A stretch of 64,000 nucleotides of DNA, from sequence record MT596505.1. One strand, given 5' to 3'. The position numbers were made by a program, and so were the translations under genes. The notes below the pieces were generated by a model. The model was not told where the DNA came from, made no database searches, and saw only the letters and a program-made list of their open reading frames with translations. Below, piece after piece: positions 8,502 through 16,735 of this stretch; positions within the stretch are counted from its first letter, which is position 1, and each line of letters starts with the position of its first letter. This DNA is from Staphylococcus phage vB_SepM_BE08.

Positions 8502-8723
8502 ATGAAAAACGTTAAAAATTTAAAAAATTGGTTAAAAAGAAATGATTATGATTTTGAAGAATACAACACGCCAGACGGTTGTGGGAGCACATTGAAAGGG
8601 ATTATCATTCATAACATTGAATTTGCTACTGAGAATGATGAACTAGTTGCTCTATTCCCTGATGGTGATTATGAACACATGACAAACAGACAAGCTTATA
8701 ACTTTATAAGAAAAAACATTTAA
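8502..8723 (+). CDS. hypothetical protein (73 aa)
   Basis: leader AAAGGAATTGATTAAAA-ATG on plus strand; promoter-like TTTACA-N17-TAATAT at ~8402-8431. Confidence 0.6.
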   Translation: MKNVKNLKNWLKRNDYDFEEYNTPDGCGSTLKGIIIHNIEFATENDELVALFPDGDYEHMTNRQAYNFIRKNI

Positions 8724-8755
8724 TAAAAAAATTAATTAAAAAGGAATGAATTATA

Positions 8756-8956
8756 ATGACACATATTAAAGTAGATAAAAGAAAATCATTAAATAAAAAT
8801 ATAAAAGAAAATGGATTAAAAAAAGAATTAAATAAAAATAGTGGAAAAATAAAAATAAAAGAAAGTTTATTAAGAAAAGCAAAAAGAAATAATGATATAG
8901 AAAAAATTAATAAACTAGAAAATGAATTAAAAAAATTATATAATCAATTAGACTAG
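8756..8956 (+). CDS. small lysine-rich basic protein (66 aa)
   Basis: SD AAAGGAATG; terminator hairpin ctagggaaaaccctag over stop. Confidence 0.55.
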   Translation: MTHIKVDKRKSLNKNIKENGLKKELNKNSGKIKIKESLLRKAKRNNDIEKINKLENELKKLYNQLD

Positions 8957-8976
8957 GGAAAACCCTAGTCTTTTTA
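8953..8976 (+). terminator. rho-independent terminator ctaggg-aaaa-ccctag + TTTTT
   Basis: palindrome plus T-run. Confidence 0.65.
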
Positions 8977-8996
8977 TGTTCTATATCTTATATCTT

Positions 8997-9189
8997 TTTT
9001 AGGGGAAATCCGTACGATACTACTTGCTATTTTTAGGGGAAAATCGACACCAGACTACTTGAAACAACTAGCCTTTTTCATACAATACTACTTACTAATT
9101 ATGTATATTTATAAGAATATTTGAATAAAATTCATGCAATACTACTTACATTATATAGTTAATATATAAACAATACTACTTGAATATAT
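8997..9189. repeat. five degenerate 34-bp tandem units with conserved core CAATACTACTTG (iteron-like array)
   Basis: core starts at 9018, 9052, 9086, 9139, 9173 (spacings 34, 34, 53, 34); first two units also share TTTTAGGGGAAA. Confidence 0.7.
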
Positions 9190-9600
9190 AATAGTATTCA
9201 GGAAGGTAGTGGGTAGATTAACCCCCTAGTATTAAAAAAGATATTAATACTAGAGCTAAATCATATTTCAGTTTAGGCTAGGTCTAGTTTCATTTTTGTT
9301 AATATTTTTACACGCACTCTTATCCACGCAACCTAACTTAATAGGTTAATACTACCCCGTTCATATTGAACCTAAGAGTCCTCCCTGTCCTTTATTGCTT
9401 GGTAGACACCACCAACTATGGTAGAAGGTATAGTGTATCTATACCTACAAAGTATAAGCATTGCATATCTTATACCCGCCCTGTGAGTTTTATGCAGGTG
9501 CTCGTGGCTCACTATCACCACATCATTGTCGCTATTCCTATAGGTTCCTATGCATGACCTATACTCATCAGCTCTTTATCTTATTGTACTTATACTATAC
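9190..9600. ncRNA. GC-elevated (~40%) ORF-free island with multiple hairpins; candidate structured RNA or foreign DNA remnant
   Basis: compositional contrast with ~28% GC surroundings; only junk ORFs (Cys/His/Tyr-rich, no RBS). Confidence 0.2.
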
Positions 9601-9720
9601 CATACTTTTAATATCAGGTCAAGTAAAAAATGATAACTTTTACTTATTACTTATTATAAGTTTATCTTATTGTAAATAAAACCTTTTTGAAATTTTTGAG
9701 TACCCTATTGTAAAAATTTT

Positions 9721-9829
9721 TAAGGGGGTATCATCCTAAATTTTTTAAGGTCTTCATCCTAAAAAAATAAGACCGCTTCATCCTATTTAAGTGAAGCGGT
9801 TTAACCTAAATATACTTCATCTTAAAAAA
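9721..9829 (+). promoter_or_regulatory. four direct repeats of TTCATCCTAAA (plus GAAGCGGT hairpin) immediately upstream of a consensus promoter
   Basis: repeat cores at ~9731, 9754, 9777, 9816. Confidence 0.45.
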
Positions 9830-9832
9830 TTA

Positions 9833-9861
9833 TTGACAATCTAATTATCCTATAGTATAAT
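9833..9861 (+). promoter_or_regulatory. consensus sigma-A promoter TTGACA-N17-TATAAT
   Basis: ttgaca 9833-9838; tataat 9856-9861. Confidence 0.65.
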
Positions 9862-9902
9862 TAACTTAACAAATTAAATTTATTAAGAAAGGAGTTAATA
9901 CA

Positions 9903-9983
9903 TATGATTAACTTTTTAATTGGAGTATTTGTAGGTGGAACATTAGTATTAATCGAGAATGTAATTATGAATAAATATATGTA
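9903..9983 (+). CDS. 26-aa hydrophobic peptide (MINFLIGVFVGGTLVLIENVIMNKYM)
   Basis: strong SD AAAGGAG 9 nt upstream; single predicted TM segment. Confidence 0.4.
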
Positions 9984-9995
9984 GGAGTGATACAA

Positions 9996-10181
9996 ATGTC
10001 TTTAAGTACATTATTTGGAACTATAGGAGTTATTTTATTAGCAATTGTATTTTTAATAGTGACTATTGAAGCTATTATTGAATTAATAAAAGAGAAAATG
10101 TATATACAGTTAGTTATTTTCTTATTATTAGTATTAGGTTTAATATCATTAATATTAGCATCTATATTCAAATATTATTAA
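9996..10181 (+). CDS. 61-aa two-TM membrane protein (start re-assigned to ATG with SD AGGAG)
   Basis: two hydrophobic stretches; track start GTG lacks SD; antisense ORF 9965..10171 rejected. Confidence 0.5.
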   Translation: MSLSTLFGTIGVILLAIVFLIVTIEAIIELIKEKMYIQLVIFLLLVLGLISLILASIFKYY

Positions 10182-10189
10182 TTTCATTT

Positions 10190-10217
10190 GAAGCGGTTAA
10201 TATACCGCTTTTTTTAA
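10190..10217 (+). terminator. terminator gaagcggt-taatat-accgctt + TTTTTTT
   Basis: hairpin plus T-run. Confidence 0.65.
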
Positions 10218-10268
10218 TACATAAAAATAAGACCACTCATTTGAAGTGGTCTTATTAGTATACTTATA

Positions 10269-10604
10269 TTACTTCATACCTTTAAAAAATTTATTTAATT
10301 TAATCTTTTCTTTTTCTTCTTTTTCAAGTCTTTCTTTATTTTTTTCATCATAGAAATCAATTAATTCGTAAATAGTATCAAACTTAGTTAATTTCTTTTT
10401 AAAATTTCTACCTTTAAGTGTGTTTAATTCAAACATTTCAACATAGTTACCCTTTGATATAGTAACAATACCTCCTTCTTTATCAAAAACACACTCTACA
10501 CCATACTCATCATTAGTTATAGTATAATAAGTATTATACCCTACATAACTTTTTCTTCCACGTTCTTTAATATAATTTTTAAATCCAATAATATCAATAT
10601 CCAT
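10269..10604 (-). CDS. hypothetical protein, weak paralog of 10745..11089
   Basis: ORF; shared motifs D-I-x-x-KNYI and LIDFYDE/LIDDLYED. Confidence 0.55.
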   Translation of the reverse strand: MDIDIIGFKNYIKERGRKSYVGYNTYYTITNDEYGVECVFDKEGGIVTISKGNYVEMFELNTLKGRNFKKKLTKFDTIYELIDFYDEKNKERLEKEEKEKIKLNKFFKGMK

Positions 10605-10744
10605 TTGTATAATCTCCTTTATATTTAATACCCTTAGCTTAAGGACTTTAAAAGTCTATATGAAACGGTAATATTTTTCTAGTACTATTTATCCTAGAAA
10701 CAATACCGCTTCTATATAAGGCTATAAACACCTTTAGAATTAAT

Positions 10745-11089
10745 CTAGCTTAAAAATTCTTTAACACTTGATTCAATTCTTCTTTGTCTTCTCTTTTCTT
10801 CATTTTCTTTTCTAGTAAGGTCTTCATATAAATCATCAATTAAATCAAATACGTTAGAATGTAATTCAATATCTTTGTTAAGTTGTTCTAATTTATCTAA
10901 AGCACTAAGGTCTACCTTTAATATAGTTTTTCCATTTTTACAAAATAGTAAATAACCAGAAAAAATATTTAGTTCTTTATACTGTATCTCATAACCTTTA
11001 CCTAAGTCAATAGTTTTTGATAATTTTTTATCATCTACTCTACCATACTTATCAATATAATTCTTTAAGTCTATACTATCAAATTCCAT
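10745..11089 (-). CDS. hypothetical protein
   Basis: SD AAAGGAGAG; promoter tgtcaa 11145-11150 TTGACA-N17-TATCAT. Confidence 0.55.
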   Translation of the reverse strand: MEFDSIDLKNYIDKYGRVDDKKLSKTIDLGKGYEIQYKELNIFSGYLLFCKNGKTILKVDLSALDKLEQLNKDIELHSNVFDLIDDLYEDLTRKENEEKRRQRRIESSVKEFLS

Positions 11090-11175
11090 AATTTAATCTC
11101 TCCTTTAAACTTTATATATAAATGATACCATGATACTTATACTTTGTCAACACTTTTATTTAAAGGCTCTACTAC

Positions 11176-11850
11176 TTAATCAATTGTAGTACCTAAAAAG
11201 AATTGATAAGCATTAAAAATATTCCTTTTTTCTTTCTCATTATCTTTATTCATTTCTAATCCTTTTTCTAAAAACTCTTCTAAATTACCTTTCCAGCAAC
11301 CAGCAAATATTTTATCTTGCTCTGGTAAATACGTTACTTTACCTGCAAATGTACCTATATTGTCAATTGAATATACTTCTAGTCCTTCAGTACATCGGGT
11401 ATTAGCTTGAGATAAATTAACATCTTCTAGATTACAATTTTCTAAATGAGCGTTATCTAAATTAACATTCTTTAAACTAGCATTTTTAAAATCAACACAT
11501 CTTAAATAAGAACTATCTAAATTAGCACCATATAAGTTAGCATTTTTCAAATTAACACTATTTAAGTCAATATTTTCTAAATTAGAAAAACTTATAATAG
11601 CCTTTGTTAAATCCATCTTTACTAAATCAGCATCTTTTAAAGTAGAAAAACTTAAATCAGAGTAACTTAAATCTACATTACTTAAAATAGAACAACTTAA
11701 ACTAGAGTACCTTAAATCAGAATTACTTAAATCTAAATTTCTTAAGTTATAACCATTTAATTCTAACTTTTCCCCTTTGTTATCATCTTCTAACCATTCT
11801 TTATGCAATTCAATTTTATTGTTTAATTCTTCTTGTGTAATTTTTTTCAT
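11176..11850 (-). CDS. pentapeptide-repeat protein (Qnr/MfpA-like fold, tandem A(D/N)LxX repeats)
   Basis: ~25 consecutive pentapeptide repeats readable in translation; SD AAAAGGAGAAG; promoter tgtcaa 11906-11911. Confidence 0.75.
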   Translation of the reverse strand: MKKITQEELNNKIELHKEWLEDDNKGEKLELNGYNLRNLDLSNSDLRYSSLSCSILSNVDLSYSDLSFSTLKDADLVKMDLTKAIISFSNLENIDLNSVNLKNANLYGANLDSSYLRCVDFKNASLKNVNLDNAHLENCNLEDVNLSQANTRCTEGLEVYSIDNIGTFAGKVTYLPEQDKIFAGCWKGNLEEFLEKGLEMNKDNEKEKRNIFNAYQFFLGTTID

Positions 11851-11934
11851 TAATATCTTCTCCTTTTATTAAGTATATCTATATACTACACTATTATTTA
11901 TCAAGTGTCAATACCTTTTAATAAAATAATTTAC

Positions 11935-11963
11935 TTGACAACTAATATTACTTATGCTATAAT
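11935..11963 (+). promoter_or_regulatory. divergent plus-strand consensus promoter TTGACA-N17-TATAAT
   Basis: ttgaca 11935-11940, tataat 11958-11963. Confidence 0.65.
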
Positions 11964-12023
11964 AGTAGTATAATCAATAAGGAGGAATAATATGGAATTT
12001 ACAATAGTTTTAATAAAGGTATA

Positions 12024-12218
12024 TTGCTATTATACAGAGATAATATTCAAGTAGAAACAGTAGATTTAGGTAAAGAGGAAGAAAGAAATGAATTTGAAAA
12101 AGTTTTATTCTCTCAAGATAATATCTATGATTTAATTGATGTATACTATTTTAAGTACATTGAAGCGGAAGAAGAAAGAGAAAACACACTTGAAAAAATA
12201 GAAAAATATTTTGAATAA
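12024..12218 (+). CDS. acidic hypothetical protein; start uncertain (TTG, or coupled to 20-aa leader ORF 11992..12054 in another frame)
   Basis: ORF without internal Met; strong SD AAGGAGG serves a short out-of-frame ATG ORF. Confidence 0.35.
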   Translation: MLLYRDNIQVETVDLGKEEERNEFEKVLFSQDNIYDLIDVYYFKYIEAEEERENTLEKIEKYFE

Positions 12219-12226
12219 TAATTACT

Positions 12227-12250
12227 AGACCTCTTGTCAAGAGGCCTTTT
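12227..12250 (+). terminator. short hairpin cctct-tgtca-agagg + T-run
   Basis: inverted repeat after stop. Confidence 0.45.
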
Positions 12251-12293
12251 CTATGTTATACTTATAGTATAATAAATAAGGAGGAGTTACATA

Positions 12294-12554
12294 ATGATTG
12301 AACTTAATAAAGTTACAGGAGAAGAAAGTGTTAATGTAGGAGATTTAGTACAAGACGACTATACAGGTGATATAGGTATTGTAATTAAACAAGACTTTAA
12401 TAGTACTTCAAGTATTTATAATGTACTAATACTAGATACAATAAATGAAGAACACAGTTTACTATACCTAGAACCTAAAACATTATATGATATATCAAAA
12501 GACTTTACTGTAATACAAAAGAAAAATAACTATAAACTTAATATAGAGTATTAG
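12294..12554 (+). CDS. hypothetical protein, tandem paralog A (SIYNVLILDT...NYKLNIEY)
   Basis: SD AAGGAGG; paralogous to next gene. Confidence 0.6.
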   Translation: MIELNKVTGEESVNVGDLVQDDYTGDIGIVIKQDFNSTSSIYNVLILDTINEEHSLLYLEPKTLYDISKDFTVIQKKNNYKLNIEY

Positions 12555-12572
12555 TATAAGGAGGTATAAATA

Positions 12573-12839
12573 ATGATTGAAGTAGTAAAAAAGAAAAGTA
12601 CTAGACCATTACAAGATGGAGATTTATTATATGACAGTGATTTAGATATGTATGGCTTTATAATTAAAGAAGATACCAGTAATTATGAAAGCATATATAA
12701 TGTCATGTTACTTGATACTAACTCAAAAAAGCCTGAATTATATTTCTCTGAGCCTATAACACTAGAAGAAATAGAAGAGTTTGGATTTAATCTAGTAAGT
12801 AAAAAAGGTAACTATAATATTAAGATAGAATACAGTTAA
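12573..12839 (+). CDS. hypothetical protein, tandem paralog B (SIYNVMLLDT...NYNIKIEY)
   Basis: SD AAGGAGG. Confidence 0.6.
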   Translation: MIEVVKKKSTRPLQDGDLLYDSDLDMYGFIIKEDTSNYESIYNVMLLDTNSKKPELYFSEPITLEEIEEFGFNLVSKKGNYNIKIEYS

Positions 12840-12912
12840 TACTACATGGACTATACATTAGAATAGTTTAACTATATATTAGAACAATTGAATAGTATAT
12901 CAGAATAGTTGA

Positions 12913-12948
12913 GTACCGCTTCAGTAATATAGAAGCGGTACTTTTTTG
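12913..12948 (+). terminator. terminator gtaccgcttc-agtaatata-gaagcggtac + TTTTTT
   Basis: 10-bp stem, T-run. Confidence 0.7.
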
Positions 12949-13218
12949 TTTATTATTAAGTTGTATACAATAGTAATGTAATGTTTAAATATACTATAGT
13001 AGTAATATAAATAAATTATAGTAAACAGGTAACGTCAAAACAGGTCAAGACAACGAATAGGACAGACAAAAAAATCCTAGGGTAATTGGTTTACTTTTTT
13101 CTTTTTTTCTATATACTTTTAATTTTTCCTTATTTATACTATATGGTTTTCTTCTCTCCTTTTATCTCCTCTCTTCTACTTTTTTAAATAACTCTACCTA
13201 CATATCTATTTTTTTATC

Positions 13219-13243
13219 TATATATATATATATATATATATAT
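13219..13243. repeat. (TA)12 dinucleotide repeat
   Basis: seen directly. Confidence 0.9.
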
Positions 13244-13390
13244 GTCTATATACTTTATTCCTCCCTTTTAATAATCAAAGAGTAATAATACAAAGAATAG
13301 GAGTTTTATTTATATATTAATAAGTAATAAGTAATTAGTTTCTTTTTTCCTTGGTTTTCTTTTTTTTTCTTATTTTATTTAAAGTCAACA

Positions 13391-13408
13391 TTATTATTAT
13401 TATTATTA
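13391..13408. repeat. (TTA)6 repeat
   Basis: seen directly. Confidence 0.9.
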
Positions 13409-13808
13409 CTATACCTCATCCCTATTTCTTCTATATTACTTTATTAATAAAACCCCTATATATACTACTTATACATAAGGGTCTTTACTTATATTATTCT
13501 TATTCTACTTGTACATACTTACTTAACTGATAAATAATTTTTTTATGTTATTCTATTCATAATTATTTACTATATAATTTAGCTAAAGTTTCAAGCGGTA
13601 ATTCAATTAATTCCCCACTAAATAATAAATCTTTTACTTTTTTAGGTACAGATACATGATAATCTAAGTTTAAACTATTTATGATTTCACTAGCTTTCCA
13701 GTTTAATTCAATTTTATACATAGAATTTTCTCTAACCTTTTGATGTAACTTTTTAATAAGTTCTGGTTTATGAGTTAAATGTTGAAACTATGCCTAATGA
13801 TTTTAATT

Positions 13809-14051
13809 TCATTTATTAATCCTCCTTCTAATTTTAGCATAATCCCACAGCTGTTTATATTCTGGAATAACAGGTAATAAATAATACTTATCTGTACTAT
13901 TCTTATTTAGTTTCTTCAAAACTCTTTTTGCTTTCTTTTTATTAGGGAATATTCTTGGCGTTATCTTAGTTAAAATAGTAAAATCTTTATACTTCTTATC
14001 ATAAAAAGCAATTGAGTGTTCAAGTTCTGTAGCTATAACATATTTAGTCAT
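13809..14051 (-). CDS. hypothetical basic protein (80 aa)
   Basis: ORF, SD AAGGAGG. Confidence 0.55.
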   Translation of the reverse strand: MTKYVIATELEHSIAFYDKKYKDFTILTKITPRIFPNKKKAKRVLKKLNKNSTDKYYLLPVIPEYKQLWDYAKIRRRINK

Positions 14052-14146
14052 TATTAATCCTCCTTATTAAATTTACCTTTATTATACAACAAAACCTCAA
14101 CTATGTCAATAGCTTAAGTTTTTTTATAATAATCACAGCTCCTTTT

Positions 14147-14539
14147 TTAACTATCTATAAAGTTATTCAATTTTATTTCTCTATCTCTAGCTTCTATTCT
14201 TTCTTTTCTATCTCTTTCTTTCTCACGTTTTTCAATTCTTTTTTGAGTATCTAAATGTTCTTTTAGGCAATAATGTAAAAAATCCATTAACGTTTCACAA
14301 TGTTTATATTTTTCATAATCAGTATTCATTTTATGACTAAGAACACCTGCATAATGACCATGTGTGATAAATGCAATAACCTCACCTTTATAGAGGACAT
14401 TAATCCCAGAGGGGAGTATGTCACCTAGCTGGCAATCTCGATATTTAATTTTAAATCCTTGTTCACGCATTGTTTCAGTTTGTATATTACCTAACTCTTT
14501 AACCTTATCTACTAAAGCGTCAAACACTTTAAATTCCAT
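14147..14539 (-). CDS. hypothetical protein
   Basis: ORF, SD AAGGAGAGG. Confidence 0.55.
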   Translation of the reverse strand: MEFKVFDALVDKVKELGNIQTETMREQGFKIKYRDCQLGDILPSGINVLYKGEVIAFITHGHYAGVLSHKMNTDYEKYKHCETLMDFLHYCLKEHLDTQKRIEKREKERDRKERIEARDREIKLNNFIDS

Positions 14540-14552
14540 TACTACCTCTCCT

Positions 14553-14996
14553 TTAGCTTAAATACATACCAATCTTAGGTTCTGATAGTTTATTTCTATA
14601 TTCTAGGAAACTAAGACTTATATGTTCTATATTATATTCATGATGTTTTACTTTAAAGAAAAGGTAAAAGGCATCTGCAATATCGTTATCGTAATTTGAA
14701 AAGAAATCTTCAATTTCAAAAGTTGCACCATCTATGTTTATAGACATAATAGTACTTATATCAGACTTGTTAAACAAATGTAATCTCTCTACTAATGCTT
14801 TATACTTCTGAATTAAATGCTTATCATTAATAGTTGCACGAAGTATATTAGTAAAACTATAGCTGTAATCATTATTTTTCAACGTTTCACGTATACTAAA
14901 ATCTAAATCTGACACAAATAGAGATAATAGTTCTCTTGTATGCTCTAATTCTTCCTTTTTGTTTTTATTTATTAATTCTTTAATATCAATAGTCAT
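14553..14996 (-). CDS. hypothetical protein
   Basis: ORF on coding strand. Confidence 0.55.
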   Translation of the reverse strand: MTIDIKELINKNKKEELEHTRELLSLFVSDLDFSIRETLKNNDYSYSFTNILRATINDKHLIQKYKALVERLHLFNKSDISTIMSINIDGATFEIEDFFSNYDNDIADAFYLFFKVKHHEYNIEHISLSFLEYRNKLSEPKIGMYLS

Positions 14997-15016
14997 TATC
15001 CATTCTCCTTTACTTT

Positions 15017-15355
15017 TTATCTATTTGCCACTTTAATCAGTTCATCTATTAAATTGCTTACTTTTTTAATTTCTTCTAAACCAGAAAATTCAAGACAAAT
15101 TCTTTCAAATTCTCTATGGTTTACGATAGGTTCTGCATTATTATAAACCACATCTCTACTATTCTCATATCCATTTTCAATGATAAGTGCTAAATAACCA
15201 TCTTCAGTTTTTGCTGTTTTAAGTATATTCTTATTTTTTTCTATGATGATAGAAGAAGTCATTACATCATCATATTTAATTATTTTTTTATTATCTTCCT
15301 TTGCTTCATCTTCAGTTAAAGTATCGTAAATAACTTCTTTCCAAACATTAGTCAT
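15017..15355 (-). CDS. hypothetical protein
   Basis: ORF on coding strand. Confidence 0.55.
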   Translation of the reverse strand: MTNVWKEVIYDTLTEDEAKEDNKKIIKYDDVMTSSIIIEKNKNILKTAKTEDGYLALIIENGYENSRDVVYNNAEPIVNHREFERICLEFSGLEEIKKVSNLIDELIKVANR

Positions 15356-15373
15356 TATTCATTCTCCTTTATG

Positions 15374-15829
15374 TTACTTCCTTTTATTTTTTACATAATC
15401 CATTTGTTTTTGGTATAACCCATCGTCTTTTTCTTTTTCCATTAATAAAGGTAATACAGTATTATAAGCATAATCATTTATTTTTCTTCTATTTTTAGAT
15501 AATTTAATTCTATTGCCTACACTATTACCATATTTTACTCTTAAATCATCACATTTATCAGCTAAAAATTCAAAAGGTGCTGTTATAATACTAAAAATAA
15601 AGTAAACACCTTCTAATATATACTCAGGAATTTTTAAAAAGAAAGCTTTAATACTATGAATACATCTTTCTCTCTTCCATTTTTTAATTAGCTTTTTTAA
15701 ATAAGGTCTATGTTCTTTAGCAATTTCTAATTGTTCTTCGTTTAAGAAATCAGAATTATCATTAACGATATACTCTCCAAAAGCACTATAAACTTCATTT
15801 TTAATTCTTTTTACCATAATACTATTCAC
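15374..15829 (-). CDS. hypothetical protein (one hydrophobic segment)
   Basis: ORF on coding strand. Confidence 0.55.
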   Translation of the reverse strand: MNSIMVKRIKNEVYSAFGEYIVNDNSDFLNEEQLEIAKEHRPYLKKLIKKWKRERCIHSIKAFFLKIPEYILEGVYFIFSIITAPFEFLADKCDDLRVKYGNSVGNRIKLSKNRRKINDYAYNTVLPLLMEKEKDDGLYQKQMDYVKNKRK

Positions 15830-15832
15830 TCC

Positions 15833-16069
15833 TTAGTTTTTATCATCTCCAACAGTAGCAAACGCAATTCTTAAAGCTAATCTTTCCATAATATGTGATA
15901 GTGATTTATCTAGAAATTTGTCAAATTCATCTCTATATTCTTCTATTACATCTAAAACTTCTTCATCTTCTTTACTATCAAACTCAGTCATAATATCCCA
16001 AATATTTATATCATACTTACTATTTTTTAATACTTGCATAACTTTATCATAATCAATTCTATTACTCAT
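15833..16069 (-). CDS. hypothetical acidic protein
   Basis: ORF, tightly packed operon. Confidence 0.5.
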   Translation of the reverse strand: MSNRIDYDKVMQVLKNSKYDINIWDIMTEFDSKEDEEVLDVIEEYRDEFDKFLDKSLSHIMERLALRIAFATVGDDKN

Positions 16070-16071
16070 AA

Positions 16072-16491
16072 CTACTTCTCCTCCTCTTTTATATTAATAA
16101 TTAATTCGTCAAAACCATGTATATAGGTATATGATTGATAATTATTATTATCATCACCATATCCCTCTTCATAAGGAACAGCTATTGTTTGTCTTGATTC
16201 GTCAGAATATACTAATGTAACATGAGCAATATCATCAAATTCAGTAAGTCTATTGAATATTACTTCCTCATTTTCAAAATTAAAAGGGTTATATCGTAAT
16301 TTTGTCGATTTTTTTACAATAAAGTAAATATCTTGTGCACTTTTATACGTTTCTACTTCCTCGTCTTCATAATTTAAATGTTCAATACTATCAGAAATAC
16401 CTTTAATATGAAGACCTCTAATATATTTTGATTGTATTTCCATACTATCGCAATTTTCAAATGTTAAAATAATACTTTTTAATTTACTCAT
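16072..16491 (-). CDS. hypothetical protein
   Basis: ORF. Confidence 0.55.
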   Translation of the reverse strand: MSKLKSIILTFENCDSMEIQSKYIRGLHIKGISDSIEHLNYEDEEVETYKSAQDIYFIVKKSTKLRYNPFNFENEEVIFNRLTEFDDIAHVTLVYSDESRQTIAVPYEEGYGDDNNNYQSYTYIHGFDELIINIKEEEK

Positions 16492-16522
16492 ACTATATTC
16501 TCCTTAATTTTTTAAATATCAA

Positions 16523-16723
16523 CTAAATTATTTTATTAGCTTTCTCTAATGCTAACATTAGTTCAGTCATTACATCCCTTTTTTCAGAATTAGAAACGGG
16601 TAAATCAAGATACTCTTTAATAATTTTATGTGCCTGAACATAACTTAAGTCATCAATATTTTCTGATTTACTTACTACTTTATTTGCTTTATCATGTAAA
16701 TTTTTAATTTGTTTATTATTCAT
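16523..16723 (-). CDS. hypothetical protein
   Basis: ORF. Confidence 0.5.
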   Translation of the reverse strand: MNNKQIKNLHDKANKVVSKSENIDDLSYVQAHKIIKEYLDLPVSNSEKRDVMTELMLALEKANKII

Positions 16724-16735
16724 AATTACCTCTCC

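Noticed and set aside
8997-9189. CRISPR array
   Set aside because: Repeats are contiguous 34-bp units without unique spacers, and no cas genes are present; no CRISPR-like repeat-spacer structure anywhere in the window.
9190-9600. tRNA genes in the GC-rich island or elsewhere
   Set aside because: Could not find a T-arm GGTTCGANTCC-type signature or cloverleaf by eye; needs tRNAscan-SE to be certain.
9366-9679. Two plus-strand ORFs (9366..9557, 9461..9679) in the GC-rich island
   Set aside because: Cys/His/Tyr-rich junk-like translation, no SD; region treated as noncoding or possibly a structured RNA.
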